A stretch of 64,000 bases of DNA. Source: Lingula anatina (taxonomy: Eukaryota; Animalia; Brachiopoda). Position 1 is the stretch's first letter; the number at the start of each line of letters is the position of its first letter. Positions 50,192 to 64,000 of this stretch are shown here, piece by piece. The stretch spans positions 23,502,848 through 23,566,847 of the forward strand of contig CM120643.1 of NCBI GenBank assembly GCA_051362555.1, written 5' to 3'. The notes under the pieces were generated by a model. The model did not search any database. It had not been told where the DNA came from and worked only from the letters and a program-made list of their open reading frames with translations. Both the position numbers and the translations under genes were made by a program.

Positions 50192-51520
50192 GGCCCAACC
50201 TGCTTCAAAATAGAACAAGACGCGTGAACGTTCTGAAGTAAAACAAACCCCAGTATTTCGATCAATAACCATGTTTATTGGATTACATTCTTTTAATAAC
50301 ATCAGCGATTCTGGTCAAATGTACAATACAAATATTTTTCACAGAGGTCATTGTTTTAGTCAAAGAAAGACGATGCTACAACAAACGTCAACCACTTAAT
50401 CTGAATCCATGGTGTTTCCCTCTAACTTCTACTTAGTCATAACAGAATTACTCTAATTGAATTATGTGCAAAACAAAGGGAGGAAATCACAAAGAATAGC
50501 AACTTGTTCATCTCATTTATTCATATTTTGCCATGGGTTTGTTTGAATCACATTATCAATGTGAGAATTTTCCTGTCTGGCTTTATTTAGATATCATTTC
50601 GTTTAGCTCTTGATGGCGCCGTAATGGCTTGGAAAAAACGTGAATGAGTCAGGTAGATCGTAATACTTTGATTGATGTTCTTTGTACGACGATTAAAGGT
50701 TGATACACGTCTATGGTATGGCTAAAACTTTCCGGGGTTGACTTCAAGGCTTTTTTAAAATGATGTTTACATATAGGCTTCTTGTAATATCTAAGCTTGT
50801 TGACATTAATTATACGTACAATATCAGGCAATATTTAAGCTTATTGGCTAAATCTCATAGGATATACTGTATCCGCTATATTTTATAGGTTATTTGTAAT
50901 AGTCAATGTAGTTGCTATAGTTAAATCTATGGCCTTGATCTAATGGGTTTTAACTGCTTTATCTGAACTGGAAGGCTATGGCTACTAAACTCTAGCTGCT
51001 ATATATCTAGACTTATGGAAGCTACTTATGGTATTACCACTTTTTAAAATCCCTTGAGTACTTATCATCCTTTTTATTTATAGAATACCAATTAACAAAA
51101 CCCTGTTAATCGCTGTCATATATATTTCAAAAAGTCAAATCACAGCCTAGTTAGACAACCATACCAACCTTTTTTAATTAAAATGAAGACAGGGCAGCGT
51201 GCAGGATTGTGTTAACAAAAGCCGTTTTTTGTACTAACTCAAAATTTTAGACGGCTTCAATGCATCTACAAGGAACCCACAATGTTATTCCTGTCAAGCG
51301 CTGTATAAGTCTATAGGCGTTTTAAGATGGAACAACGCTAGCTGATATATTAAAGAGAGATATTCAAAGAGTCTTTAGTCCATTATCTCTGTGAGATTAA
51401 TCCGAACCAACCACTAGCGTGCAGCAAATATTGCCTTCATGGAAGAAAAGCCTATCCGTTATATGCCTGCCAGTAAAAGAAAAAAATCACCGCGCACTGC
51501 CAGAGATTGGTATTACTGCT

Positions 51521-54500
51521 TAGTCCAGGAAATTGGTGAAAAATTGTGCATTTTTTACCTACAAGCATGAAATTTGGCACACTTATGGACAATGAAATTC
51601 TAAGCAAATATGGATATATGGGCATGTCTGAAAATTCCAAAATGGCCGTCAAATCCAAGATGGCCGCCAAAATACCTTTTCAAATTAAAACTTCAAGTAC
51701 ATAGTCTTTTAGTGACTTAAAATATCATATAAAGGTTAGAAAACGCCATGGTATGAATCCTTCAGGTGTATAAAATCCAAAATGGCCGCCAAAAGTAAAA
51801 AAACAATCCACTTATTCAAGATATCCATTAGAATAGTAAATTCATCATGCACTTAAAACTACAAGCATAAAATTTGGCACAGTTGTGGACAATGAAATTC
51901 TGAGCAAATTTAGATGTATTGGCATGTCCAAAAATTCAAAAACGGCCACCAAATCCAATATGGCCTCCAAAAATAGGGTTTCTAATTCAAACTTCAAGTA
52001 TATAGTCTTTTAAGGGCTTAAATATCATATAAAGGTTAAAAAAACACCACAGTATGAATTCGGTATCAATATCTGCTTCTTTAGGAGTATTAAATCCAAA
52101 ATGGCCGTCAATAGTAAAAAGCAGTTCACTAATCCAAGATATCCAGCAGAGTGGTGAATTCATCAAACTACAAGCATGGCATTTGGCACAGTTGTATAAA
52201 ACGGGATTCCAAGCACTTCTGGATGTATGGACATGTCTAAAAATTCTAATATATGGCCCCCAAATCCAATATGGCCGCCACAAATACCCGTTCAAATTAA
52301 AACTTCAAGTATATAATTCTATAATAGCTTAAGACAACATGTTTTGGTTAGACAAAACTATGGTTTGAATGAAGTTTCAATATTTGTATCTTTAGGTGTA
52401 TAGAAATCCAAAATGGCCTCCAAAAATAAGAAAAACAGGCCACTCACAGCAGCAGTATGGTGAATTCACCATGCAGTTAAAACTACAAGCATGAAAATTG
52501 GCACAATTGTAGAGAACAGGATTCTAAGCAATTTTTTATATAGGGACATATCTGAAAATTCTAATATGGCCACCACAACCCTTTTAAAGTAAGAATTCTA
52601 CTTCATAATCTTATAACAATCTTTTATATTTTTGGTTTGAAAACAGAGCTCAGTTTAGATGAATTATCAAAAACCGCTCCTTTAGATACATTAAGATCCA
52701 AATGACCGTAAAAAGTGGAACAGGACTCCTTTTGATCAAGTTGTGACACCACATGCAGCAATTCTATAGTTGCCAAAGAATATGAAAATGTCAAGGTATT
52801 TTCACAAATAAGTTTTAAATTAACGAAAGTTATTTTATCAAGTAGGTGTTGCACATTTTATGGGCGATCAACCTATTACTTAAGTAAATGGACAAAATCT
52901 CAACAGAAGATAGCAGCTAGCTAGACCGAAATTGCAAGTTCATATGCTTTTAAAACATTTATTTGTTTTCATTCAATTTGCAAGGGACTTAAATGTCACA
53001 TATTTTTCATTTCTACTTATTTCGTTAAATAATTTACATTTATTCATGTGTGCCTAGCTTTAGTTGTGTTTCCCTCAGCTTTCTCAGAATTTGCCTAAAG
53101 CTATAGCTTCTACATGTAATTCACTTTCCCCAACAAAATACCAAGAGTGATTGGTCATTTTAACACCAGAAAGCATCAGTTTACATGCATGTGGGACAAT
53201 AGGAATATGAAAGTGTGGTAGTGCATACTTGTAAATGTAGGTTATTAGTGTGAACCCATATAGGACCAGTCTTCCTATTCTTCTGACTCCCCTCTCCACA
53301 GGTAGCAATTGCACACATAACTACGAACAAATGTGGCAGGAGCTACCTACGAAAGGTAAGTTTTGTTATCTGGGTAAGTGAATACTCCCCATGGCTTCAT
53401 TCTGGACTGTCCAAAATGACAATGATGCCGGAAATCGCGATGAGTCTGTACCTTTTAACGTCCATATTGCACTAATTTCCTGGTATAATCCTCAGAATAC
53501 ACCGTGAATTTTTGAAGCTTTATATGTATTAACTTTCTGAAGGATTTGAATTCTCTTATTATCATGTTCAGTTATTTGAAAGTATAAGTTTTACCTAAAA
53601 TAGTTGCCAAATGAACAAATGAAAACCCAAAGTTTGGAGCCTACTTCTTTTTAGTGCATGAAGTTTAAAGCCTGCTATGCAACTCTTGGATAGAGCACGT
53701 ATCAACACCTGCCCTCTGTCTGGGGTATTTCTTTGCTCATCAGTTTTCACTAAATTCTCAGTAGCCCTTCACCTATTTTATTCGAACTACATTGGCTTCC
53801 TGTACGACAGAGAATTGTTTTTAAATTACTGTTGTTTGTTTTTAAATTCACTAGAGGTGAATGCCCCTTATATTTTAACTCGATGCTACATCCAAGTACA
53901 CCCAGTCTCACCAGGTCTACCAGATCCACCTCCACTCCTTGTTTTATCAGAAATGATAATAAAAAAACAACCACAACCTACGGCCACAGGGCATTTTCAA
54001 TTTCAGCACCAATTTTATGGAATCAATTACCCTCACACATTCGGACTATTGACAGTGTTGAGGTTTTTAAAAAAGATTTAAAAACATTCTTATTTGCACA
54101 GTATTTTAATTAATATCTTCTCATTTTATCAGAAAAAAAGTTTTATTGTTCAGACCATTACTATTTTAACCAGTTTTAATTATTTTAATTGTTTTTTTTT
54201 TTATCTTAGCTTTTATTATATATATAATAAGTTGTAATCCTAATAATTTTACCTGTAAACAGCACTGAGACGCTAGTGTAGTGCGGTTTTAAGAAATAAA
54301 TATTATTATTATTATTATTATTATTAATGTACTAAATCCATTTCTTAGAGCTGAAATTAGAAGCTTTTCTAATTTACTTCTGAAGCGCAAGATAACATCA
54401 TAAGATTACCGAGTGCAACTATGCCCCTGCTTTTAGTACTTTACCAATGCACCACACCAAAATTGTTGAGACCTGTATGTTTGATTAGCTGTCATTTTTG

Positions 54501-55585
54501 TAATATTTGTGAACATTTGATCACGAATGTTGATTTAAAAATCCGTCCTTACAGCACATTTATATTGTGAAGCGCCATGCACTGATCTAGCTGAAGAATC
54601 ATAACCAACAAACAAAATTGGTACACCCCAAGCTTTTTTATACTTGCCTCTTTTATTTTGGTGTTTCTTTCACATTTTATGGATTTTGCACGATTTTTTT
54701 TTGGATTTTTTTTCTTAGAAAGGGGGGGGGGGGGGTCGCCCATGAGTGCCATTTAAGTAGATTGCTAACTGGGAAAAACTACTTATGTTGGTTAAGCAAA
54801 AGAAGGACTGTTTTCAGTACATAATAAATGTATCATGCTTGATGTTTTTTACAAACTCTGTAGAATAGCTCCTGCACAAGTAGGAATATGATGATTATAC
54901 AGGTAGTTGCAAAGCCCACATGGCTATTCACGAGTGATTACAATTCAATACATGTGGCCCGCTGACTTTTGGAGGCCATTTTGGATTTTAAAACCTAAAG
55001 AGGCAGATACTGATACTACATACATACTATGGTATTTTCTAACCATTAAATGGTATTTTTATAAAATACTATACAAATAACTTTCACAATGAAATGTTTT
55101 TTTGGGGGGGCCATATTGAAATTGACTGCCATATTGGAATTTTCAGACATGCCCCTATGTCCAACGTTTTTTAGAATCATGTTCTCCACAACTGTGCCAA
55201 TTTTTATGCTTGTAATTGTAAGTGCTTGATGAATTCACCATACTACTGCATATATTGGGTAAGTAGACTGCTTATTTTACTTTTGGAGGCCATTTTGGGT
55301 TTCTATACACCTATAGAAGCGGATATTGATAATTCATTCATAGCATGGTATTTTGCAACTATAAAATGATATTTTAAACCATTATAGGACTATATATTAG
55401 AGGTTTTAATTTAAAAGAGTATTTGTGGCGGCCATATTGGATTTGGCGGCCATATTGGAATTTTCAGACATGCCCATATATCCAAAATGGCTTAGAATTC
55501 CGTTATCTACAACTGTGCCAAATTTCATGCTTGTAGGTAAAAAACGCACAATTCACCCTTTTTTCTGCACCAATTTCTTGGACTA
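51521..55585. mobile_element. Academ-like DNA transposon, non-autonomous, with long internally repetitive TIRs
   Basis: gct|TAGTCCAGGAAATTGGTG ... CACCAATTTCTTGGACTA|gct gives TAG/CTA termini and a 3-bp TSD. Arms (~51521-52620 and ~54955-55585) are built of ~320-bp units with aa(a/t)atggccgcc motifs. Confidence 0.85.
53753..54326 (+). mobile_element. 5'-truncated L2/CR1-clade LINE nested in the Academ-like element
   Basis: LHWLPVRQRIVFKLL...YGHRAFSISAPILWNQLPSHIR...FKKDLKTFLF*; 3' stem-loop gcact...agtgc and (ATT)n tail. Confidence 0.9.
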
Positions 55586-58500
55586 GCTAAGAAAACGCTA
55601 GCCGTGCCAACTTAATTATGTCCTTCAGGGATAACCCTGAGTTTCAGAATCGACTGCAAACTGAGGTTATATTGTAGATAAGAAAGAACGAGTTCCACTG
55701 AGGCACGGACTCCCAGGGTAATAAGGGCGATTTGCATGTTACGTACTGACTTTTTGTACGCTATTTTGCATGATGAAATCACCTCTAAGTCAGTTCCGAC
55801 TTTGAAAAGAAAAACAAAACAAAACAAAAACAAAACAAAACAAAACAAAAAAACAAGAATCAATAGAATTACCATGTACATGTAGACGCTTAAGACACAA
55901 TGGAATAGCTAAATATACCATTGTTTGCTTTTAAATAGATTCATGTATCAAAGAAAGAGTCAAAATATTTCTTTGTTTTAGTTTTCAGTCAATCTATATT
56001 CCGGGGTTTACATTAGTCCGCTGGGTAATTGTTTTTTCTTCTTCATTCCTTTCAAAAGCACAGGGATTACTGTAATAGACATCGTTATCTAACTTTGATT
56101 GGAAATTGACAAGGCAATATTGTCCTCGTCAATATTAGAAATGTGTCTCTCGGGTTACGTTGTTGACTGGGACGTTTAAAGTTCAGCAGACTGCTATGCT
56201 ATGTGCGTGTAAAACTTTTATGTAAAAAAATCAATTATACAGATTTGGTTGCGCCACTTCTACATAGTGAAGTTAAATATCAATCATAAACAAATACATC
56301 TATTCTATGGCAGTAGTCTAAGTAAATATTTTAAGGGATATCTATCATAACAAAGAATAACCGCAAATGTGGACTTACACTTGATGACTAGCTGCACAGA
56401 TTGACGTCGATTTCTAATTAATTGCATTAAATCCAGCACCTTGTAAAATCCACAGTAAAAGGGAAAAAAAAAGCTTTCAACAGTAATTGGCCATATTCAT
56501 TTATTTGAGAAGGTGTTTTTTTCTGCTGTTCATTCGGTGAAGATAAATATAAGATGCCTGTTGTGATTTCTTGAAAACCCGACACCTATTCATTCAATGT
56601 AGCCTACGCGCCATGTGTTCCACACCCAAAAACGAATTTGAAAAATAGAGATAAAAACCTGCCAACTACAATCGCCTTAATCGAAGAACCTTTTCCAAAG
56701 CAAATATCCCGAGAAACACAAACGCTATAAAAAGTATACACACGAAACAAAGGCCCTGACAACGAAACGCGCTGCAATTAATTGCCCTTGATATTAGCAC
56801 ATATTTCCGTCCCAAGGGCATTAATTCATCACGCGTGCATAGAGGTAATCAGGTAATGCAATACATATCAATTTATTTTCGGGAAAAAAACTGCAGATTA
56901 ATGACAAAAATGGCGACGTTTTGTTTGAAGGCAGAAGATTCCAAGAACTTAAGTATTCAGGCGTTGAGAGCGAGTTTTTATGTTAAAAATACCGAAACCC
57001 CGAGAAGTGCCTGGATTCGGGAGTGACGCATGTCACTTCACTGTACACTATTCAGTAAAATTATCTGTCAGTGGTAGAAGACAAAAATTAAAATGCTAGA
57101 AATCTAATCGTGTATTTACTAACTGCATATAGAGGCTGTGGGTGGGCTATGTGGGTGTGGACATTTTGGGAATGAAAGAGGGGACACTGGGGGGAGGGGG
57201 GGCAAGGCACCCAAAAGATAATAAGAGGTAGTAGTTGCTGGTGAATGGATATTGTGTCTGAGGCTTGATTTCAGCTCTATAGGTCAAACTCATTCTGAAA
57301 ACATGGCTACATATATATCGTCGCCAATGAAATGTTATCAATATTCTATTGACAATTTATCACTCCGAGTCGCTGGAGTAGAATATAATCATAATGGTGC
57401 TTGTAACGTATTTATGATACAGACCTATAACTCATCAGTGGCAATAATAGTCGACAAAGAATCGTTTGGAAGCCTTTAAATTCCCAGTTAAGGCTTTGCC
57501 ACTGATTAATAAGTTGATTAATTGACTCACCTGTTGTTTTGCTGTACCTGTAACTGCACAAAAAGTCTACATGGATATTTGTACATGATGATAAGAAATG
57601 ATATTACTAGTTTAAATATGACACATATGCACACACACACACACACACACACATATTACCTTTTTATTTCCATTTATTTATTCTTTGTCATGTTTTTGTG
57701 AGAGTACTGCATATGAATTATGAACTGCGCATCACACTGAAGTGGTTCTTCATTTAGCAGGGGATTATAAGTACAGTTTTAAATATTAAACAAAGTACCA
57801 AGAAAACGGTGTCGGTAGATACGATCTGATGTGTTGTGAGCCACTCATCGATTTATCGAGTTCTATGCACCTGAAACAAGCTTTGGTATCATGGTATCTT
57901 TGTTACATGATTTGAGTTTCAAGCCATGTGGAGAGCAGGCATATCAGATAATCGCACGTGAGACTGTCTGTCGTATCCTTTGAAGTTAATGCTCTGCGCA
58001 TGTGCAGCAGCAAATCCTAAACATTTGATTTCTTGGAATTTTGGCGGCCCTGTGAATGACGTTCAAGTGTAAGCCCACTGACCTTGGTGTATCATGTCCG
58101 CATTATGACAATGAGTCGGTCAAAGGCATTAATCCTGAGGCAAATCCATCTTTTGGGGGGGGGAATTAATTTCCATGTTCTTGGGCCGAAACGTCTGGGC
58201 AGAAACGCAATTTCAGCGGTGTGGTTGACATAACTCAACCATGCTCATTTATCATCTCATACTCTGTCTTCTGTCTATATCTTTATTGAAAAATAGAATT
58301 CGAGGACAGAAATGAATCCCGCACGCTTGACAGTTTGACAGTTAAGATTCATAACAGCTAGTGATAGAACAGAGTCTCTGCGATCAACCCAAGCGTTCAA
58401 TTTAACCACGGTAACGTATATCAGTCCACTTCATCGCAGCCATCTAATGCAGTTTTTATGTCCCTCGCTGATATCGGCGTAGGTTGGGTGTTTCCGTGCT

Positions 58501-59606
58501 GTCGCTCGGTCGTTTCCGTAAGCATCACTCGTTCTCTTAAGCACGTTTCCGATGGGGATTCAATGAATAGTCTAATTACTGTGTTTCAAATGTATTATAA
58601 CACTGCTTGATACCAGACTCTGCCTAGATTCTTTCTTTTTCTTTTTTCATTTTATTTATCTATATCTTAATATATAAATATGTCAAATTCCTGTTGTACA
58701 TGCCCTCATTTACATAGTAGTTTTTTAGGGGGTGTAAAGTAACATGTGGCAAAGTAACTATAACATTAATTGTACCTATAATATTCACCTGTCTCTTGTG
58801 ATGGAATCAGTTCGGTTACTGTCTCATGCATGAGATTCATTCTTTTACATCATACTTATATTTTATCTAGGTGCTATTAAATTAAGCCCACATGAGAACT
58901 TGTAGTCAGAAAATGAGTAAAGTGTTCAATATATATATATATATATATTAGTACTAATAGCAATATTCTACAAAGGACCCACCATTCGTATTGTGCGTCT
59001 AATTGGCATTGTATGTGACAGCATATTAAGTCTTTCAGCAGGATATTATGAGAACAAGCCGCTACTTAAATTCTACACTGGTATTGATTGAAAACGGTCA
59101 CAGCTGGGTCATGCTGTTACTATGCAGTGTACCAAATACGAAACATTCTCAAATTAATTCATTATTCATTCAATTTTATTCAGGAAATCCCGTCGAGTCT
59201 CTGGATCATCCAACCTTGAACAGTTTAATCCTAAATTGAATCGAACAGCAACTGCCAGCAAATGTCTGCGAGGCCCGTGAAATAGAAATTTTAACGTTGA
59301 GACCACAAGTTATAATGATAGAAATAACAACTACGACTAAGAAAAAAGTACACACATTAATAGAAGTGTCACCCCTACTGAACCAATTCTTTGGGGGGAG
59401 ATAAATGACTGCGGAATGATATGCTCCTAGTATCATTTTATTAACATCAAATTTCACAAGAGAAACGGTTCTGACTGAACAATTCAACTGTATCGATATT
59501 CTGACATTGCTTATATTCAGCCTCTTCAGGTTAAAAACTTTGATTACTCTGATTCAGGGGGTGACACTTGTATTGTCCAGTGTGTGTAATGATGATAACA
59601 TATAGG

Positions 59607-59609
<3 letters not shown>

Positions 59610-59690
<81 letters not shown>
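59610..59690. repeat. (TA)n(GA)n microsatellite
   Basis: Direct read. Confidence 0.93.
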
Positions 59691-59693
<3 letters not shown>

Positions 59694-60704
59694 ACAAAAT
59701 TGAAACAAATGAAAAATACTTCTTGATGAAAAAGACGCAAGTGTTAATTGCAATGCATATATTGTGTATTCAACTATTTTCTATGTTTATCTTTCACTCC
59801 TTTGAATACAGCCAGTCTATACATGTTCCTATATACGTGACAATAAACCACAAGCCATCCCTTTAAACTTTCCGTCCATTCTGCACCGTTGGCTTCGATC
59901 TTATTTTTTCCAAGAATTGCAAAGTACAATGAACTTTGAACTCTCTGGGGTTTCAAAGTATCATATTAGCGGTCGGGGAACAATTCATAAGTGATAAATA
60001 ATAACGCGATATAGCTATGAGAAGCTACTTTCCAGGCATAATGTCCATCGCTAAAAATGACCAAACAGATTATTTCATCACACAGTAACGCGAGGCGGCT
60101 TTAATTAAGTTTAATGGCTATCAACGCGGACAGTAATGCGAATAGAAATGTATGAGCTCACTCGGACGAAATGCTTTAATCACAAACTAAATGTCGATTC
60201 AACTCTCTGCACATCTGTTGTTGTATTCCTGACATTTGTTGGGGACCGAAAAAAGCGAGGTGGGCATTTTCCCTTTTTTAAACCCTGGTCACTAAGTTAA
60301 AAGTAAATTATTATCAAAACCTTTCTTGAAATGTTTTAGAACTACCAGTAGGCCTAGAGCCGAAGCTTTTTTTATATGTCGTAATGTACGAATTCACACG
60401 AAAACCGACTTCTTTGAAAAACAAACAATGCCGTGATCTTTTAATGTTTCTGTTAGACTGTTTTTTCTCTGGAAGGCAAGCTTCAAGAATTATTGCTATG
60501 AGAAACACGGCGAGCTTACAGTACACGGTGACACACAACGCGGCAATATTCACGAAAGCCAAAGAGACGAAAGTTGCGTGCAGACAAAAATATGACCATA
60601 AAGACAGAATAGATATTGACACGCTGTATAAGACAACCAGAGAGCATGCCCAACTGATTCGCTTGTTTGAACTGGGCGTGCTTTAAAACAGAAGATAATT
60701 AATT

Positions 60705-60706
<2 letters not shown>

Positions 60707-60749
<43 letters not shown>

Positions 60750-60752
60750 TGT
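60707..60752. repeat. (TG)n microsatellite
   Basis: Direct read. Confidence 0.93.
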
Positions 60753-61887
60753 GTTGAGTGTGGGGAGGTGGGGGGTAGGGGGTGGTATGCATTTTGGGTT
60801 CCTGTGGGGATTTAAGATTTAATGTAATTTATTTTGTCTACTTTAACTCATTTCTTTATGATTGTTATTTTTTTACTGTAATTATTCCTCGTGCTTTTTT
60901 CTCTCCGTTAATTATTATAACACTGGTCTACTCGCTCCAACTTGATCTGAAGCACGAATTATCATTTCTAAATTCCCGTTTGCCCGGTGACCTCATTTAA
61001 ACCTAAAACGTGTCTTAACTTTCGTTCGTGTCTGAACAATACCGTAATGCGCCATATTATCTGTCATTCGCACCTGTCAAGCACTGAGAGATCTCCGAGT
61101 CAATAATTCATACACGCATGCGTAAAAAAAAACACCTGACCGTTTTATGGTCTCATGAATAATAAAAATTCAAGCTAAACTCCATCTGTCAACAGAAAAG
61201 TCTGGTACAAGACACTCCAAACGGTTGATTCACGTGGGAAAAAAATGGCTTCAGCCTAGAAAAGAAGCAAAGGATACAGATTAAATATTTACTAAAAAGA
61301 AAAGCGGTTGTTGTTTTGGCTTCCATGTTTCTTTAGTTAAGGTAAATATAAATTATAATCGAAGGCCGAAAGCTTGGATAAGAACATGTTTAAATATCAA
61401 TACAATCCTAAGTGGCATGGCAAAGTTAACTGCGCATGTAAAATATAACGCCGTGCAGGAACACACTGGCTTTTACACTGATCACAGAAACACAACGCTT
61501 ATTGTATCCAAGGAACACATGAAGGTATACTATGCACGTTTGAAAATGTCCTAAAGTTATTCTTTCTGTGTCTACATTATCCTCCTGAGGTGTACGGGAA
61601 GGCACAGCGCTTTATGTAGCTGGTCAGTCATTGAGATATGAATTGTTTAATCAGAAAAGAAAAAAATCCAAGTGTAGGGATGAGTCGAACAATAATTCTT
61701 GAGAAAAGGTCTTTTTTTGGGGGAAATTTGACTTGACGGGGAAATCCCAAATGGATATTTTTAAATAAAATTTTTGCCATGATGCCATGATGTATTTTAT
61801 AACAATTATTCAACCCATGTGACATAAAACAATAATTGTTTATTAAACGAAATTTTCACTGATATTCTTGTCATATGCTTCCAGGTC

Positions 61888-63012
61888 ATGACGTCGGAAA
61901 GAAACTTCTCCGCGCGAGAGACCAGAGTCATTGTAAAACGCCGCTTCAACGCAGAGAAAGATGGACTTAATTTGTCGAGGTATATGTTCACTGACAACAA
62001 AAAATTTGCCAGATGTGTTGACCAAGTAAAGCTGGGTCTTCAGAGTATGAAAGCTATGATCAAGATAGAAACAAAACACAAAACTATACCCGCCAAGGTT
62101 CAACACAGAGCTTCGTTGCCCACAAGTAGTTCTCAGTATGAGAATTTTGAGAAGGAACAACTCCATCAAGTCCAGGGTCAAAGTAGAAAGCAATTCCGTC
62201 GATTAATGCCAAAAGTTGTATTCACAAGAGGGTCACAAGATGACCTGTTAGTCTTGAAAATGGGGATCGAAGAGGAGGAGAGCGCAAGCGCACGGCTTTT
62301 ACGAGAGATCGACGAAAAAATTCAAGATATCGAAATCAACATGCTGTACGCAGTAGCCAACGATGCTGGATACAAGTTGGACTTCGAACGAAGAGAATGG
62401 CGGCGGCCAGACGGACGACTTCTCTCGATATCGGAATATAGCGACCTCTACTTCCGACTTCTAGACCACATTGTTCTGGCAGACGACACGTCCCGAAAGC
62501 AGACAGCCCTTTCTGCAGAATTCGCGCTGAATCTCCGAATATGGGTCTGCGTGTACTTCGATTTAGAGCAACCCCTTAGCGAGTACCACCGTCGCCAGAG
62601 GTCCGCCATAGAGAATTTGGTTCTTCTTCTGTCCTGGATAAAATATATAGAAAAAGAGCAACTTACGGGATACTCAAGAAATGAATATGAGCGCGTCATG
62701 TCTCATCTGTGGACTCTTTTCCTGCGCGGCACAATACGAAAGGAAAAGGCAAGATGGCTGCTACAGGACAGATTCATGTGCGACGGATGGCTTCAAAATA
62801 TGCGTTGTTTCCTCTTCAGGCAGTGCACGGACATTTATAATGAACTCTCGGACAAAAAGCTAAAACGACGTGTATTGCCTACCAAGAGAGGAAAGCTTTG
62901 TGAAGATATAGCGGACCTATTTGATGTGTATGCCTGCCGGGTCCATTATGGTGTTGTTAAACTCTTTCCAACCAATGTCCTGGCCAAATCCTTATGGTTT
63001 GACTGGTTCTAA
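61888..63012 (+). CDS. Uncharacterised 374-aa soluble protein (single coding exon)
   Basis: 1125-bp uninterrupted ORF, more GC-rich than its flanks, with a non-repetitive translation; acceptor-like ttccag| 3 nt before the ATG. No family recognised. Confidence 0.7.
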   Translation: MTSERNFSARETRVIVKRRFNAEKDGLNLSRYMFTDNKKFARCVDQVKLGLQSMKAMIKIETKHKTIPAKVQHRASLPTSSSQYENFEKEQLHQVQGQSRKQFRRLMPKVVFTRGSQDDLLVLKMGIEEEESASARLLREIDEKIQDIEINMLYAVANDAGYKLDFERREWRRPDGRLLSISEYSDLYFRLLDHIVLADDTSRKQTALSAEFALNLRIWVCVYFDLEQPLSEYHRRQRSAIENLVLLLSWIKYIEKEQLTGYSRNEYERVMSHLWTLFLRGTIRKEKARWLLQDRFMCDGWLQNMRCFLFRQCTDIYNELSDKKLKRRVLPTKRGKLCEDIADLFDVYACRVHYGVVKLFPTNVLAKSLWFDWF

Positions 63013-64000
63013 AACCAACTTACTTTCTCCGGGCAAATATTTTTTGTAAAAGGATAAAACGACACCAAGTCGAAATGTCTGGACAAAGCAAAAAGAATTT
63101 TTAAAAAAATCTGTTTTCTGTTTGACTGACAGCTCCTTGAAGGACTAACCGCAAACGTTAATGGTTGAGCAAATGACTTTTTCTAGGTGATCGGTCACAT
63201 TATGCTGAATCCATTTCACTGCTCTTCAAAAAGATAAGTCTCACCATGTTCCCTACCCGTCGCTAACCACTGATATTAAGCGAAATATATCAGAATTTGT
63301 CGACTATTACCCACGACTTGATGTATAGTATAACGGAATCGCTTCTACGCAATCTGCTTTCAATGCCCACGGCAAGTCAAACGCGCGTCAGGCGCATGGT
63401 ATATGGTCATGGAATGGGGATGCTGCAGACCTTCCGCCTTAATAGACGTTGCGTTATGATCTGGATTAACAGCCCCTACGTTGTTACGGCTGCAGTGAGA
63501 CAAAGACTGGTGTTGCACGTTAAATTTTGAAATCAATGTTCCACGGCATCATGAGAATGCAATAAGACCAAAGGAACTGAAACCATGTGTCTCCAAATTG
63601 TCAAGTACGCACTCAACGTGGAATTCTAGATTTCACTTACTGTAATTCAGATATACAGTCTTGTATTCTGCAAGACAGTTTGCAAAAGGTCTACCCCCTA
63701 CCAGGGTCACAGACGAATTTTTCTGTAGATATTCACAGATATATCTCTGGTTTATTCACGACACGATTCTCACGATTGAGAAACGTGCTTTTAGTTAATC
63801 TGCGGCCCTGGTAGAGGGTGTGAAAGGTCAGGCATTCAGTTTTTTTTCTCGTATGTCCAGGGATGCTACTTTCAGATGGACAGTGCTATTATATTCGCCC
63901 ATCGTTAATCTGTCCCAAACACAAACGTCCAAGGAGAATGCAACAAGGTTAAACCATGACGTGCTAGAATGGATGTAAACTATAGCTTGCAGGTCTATGT

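Noticed and set aside
51560-52600. Regularly recurring motifs suggestive of a CRISPR-like array
   Set aside because: Whole ~320-bp units repeat with no unique spacers; these are transposon arm repeats in eukaryotic DNA.
60384-60686. 100-aa ORF upstream of the orphan gene
   Set aside because: Starts at a non-ATG codon, no recognisable motif or supporting splice structure; compatible with chance.

Overview
AT-rich, intron-containing, repeat-rich animal genomic DNA. It is probably lophotrochozoan or molluscan, inferred from a MetaSINE-like element and FMRFamide-receptor-like GPCRs. The left half (1-27 kb) is a minus-strand rhodopsin-class GPCR cluster. It holds one two-exon receptor (643 aa after splicing) with a signal peptide and an unusual ~320-aa Cys-rich ectodomain, plus two intronless paralogues (~89% aa identity by hand count) inside a rearranged segmental duplication. 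The middle contains a LINE remnant, a long-TIR Tc1/mariner element, and a second Tc1 element whose transposase is split by a ~7.6-kb insert. That insert carries a spliced carboxylesterase-like gene lacking the catalytic Ser and His and containing an in-frame TAG, a deleted paralogue of it, and a SINE. The right part has an Academ-like element (TAG...CTA termini, GCT TSD) with a nested L2-like LINE 3' end, several MITEs and microsatellites, and an unassigned 374-aa ORF. No CRISPR, rRNA or tRNA genes were seen. All calls were made by eye and no database searches were run.
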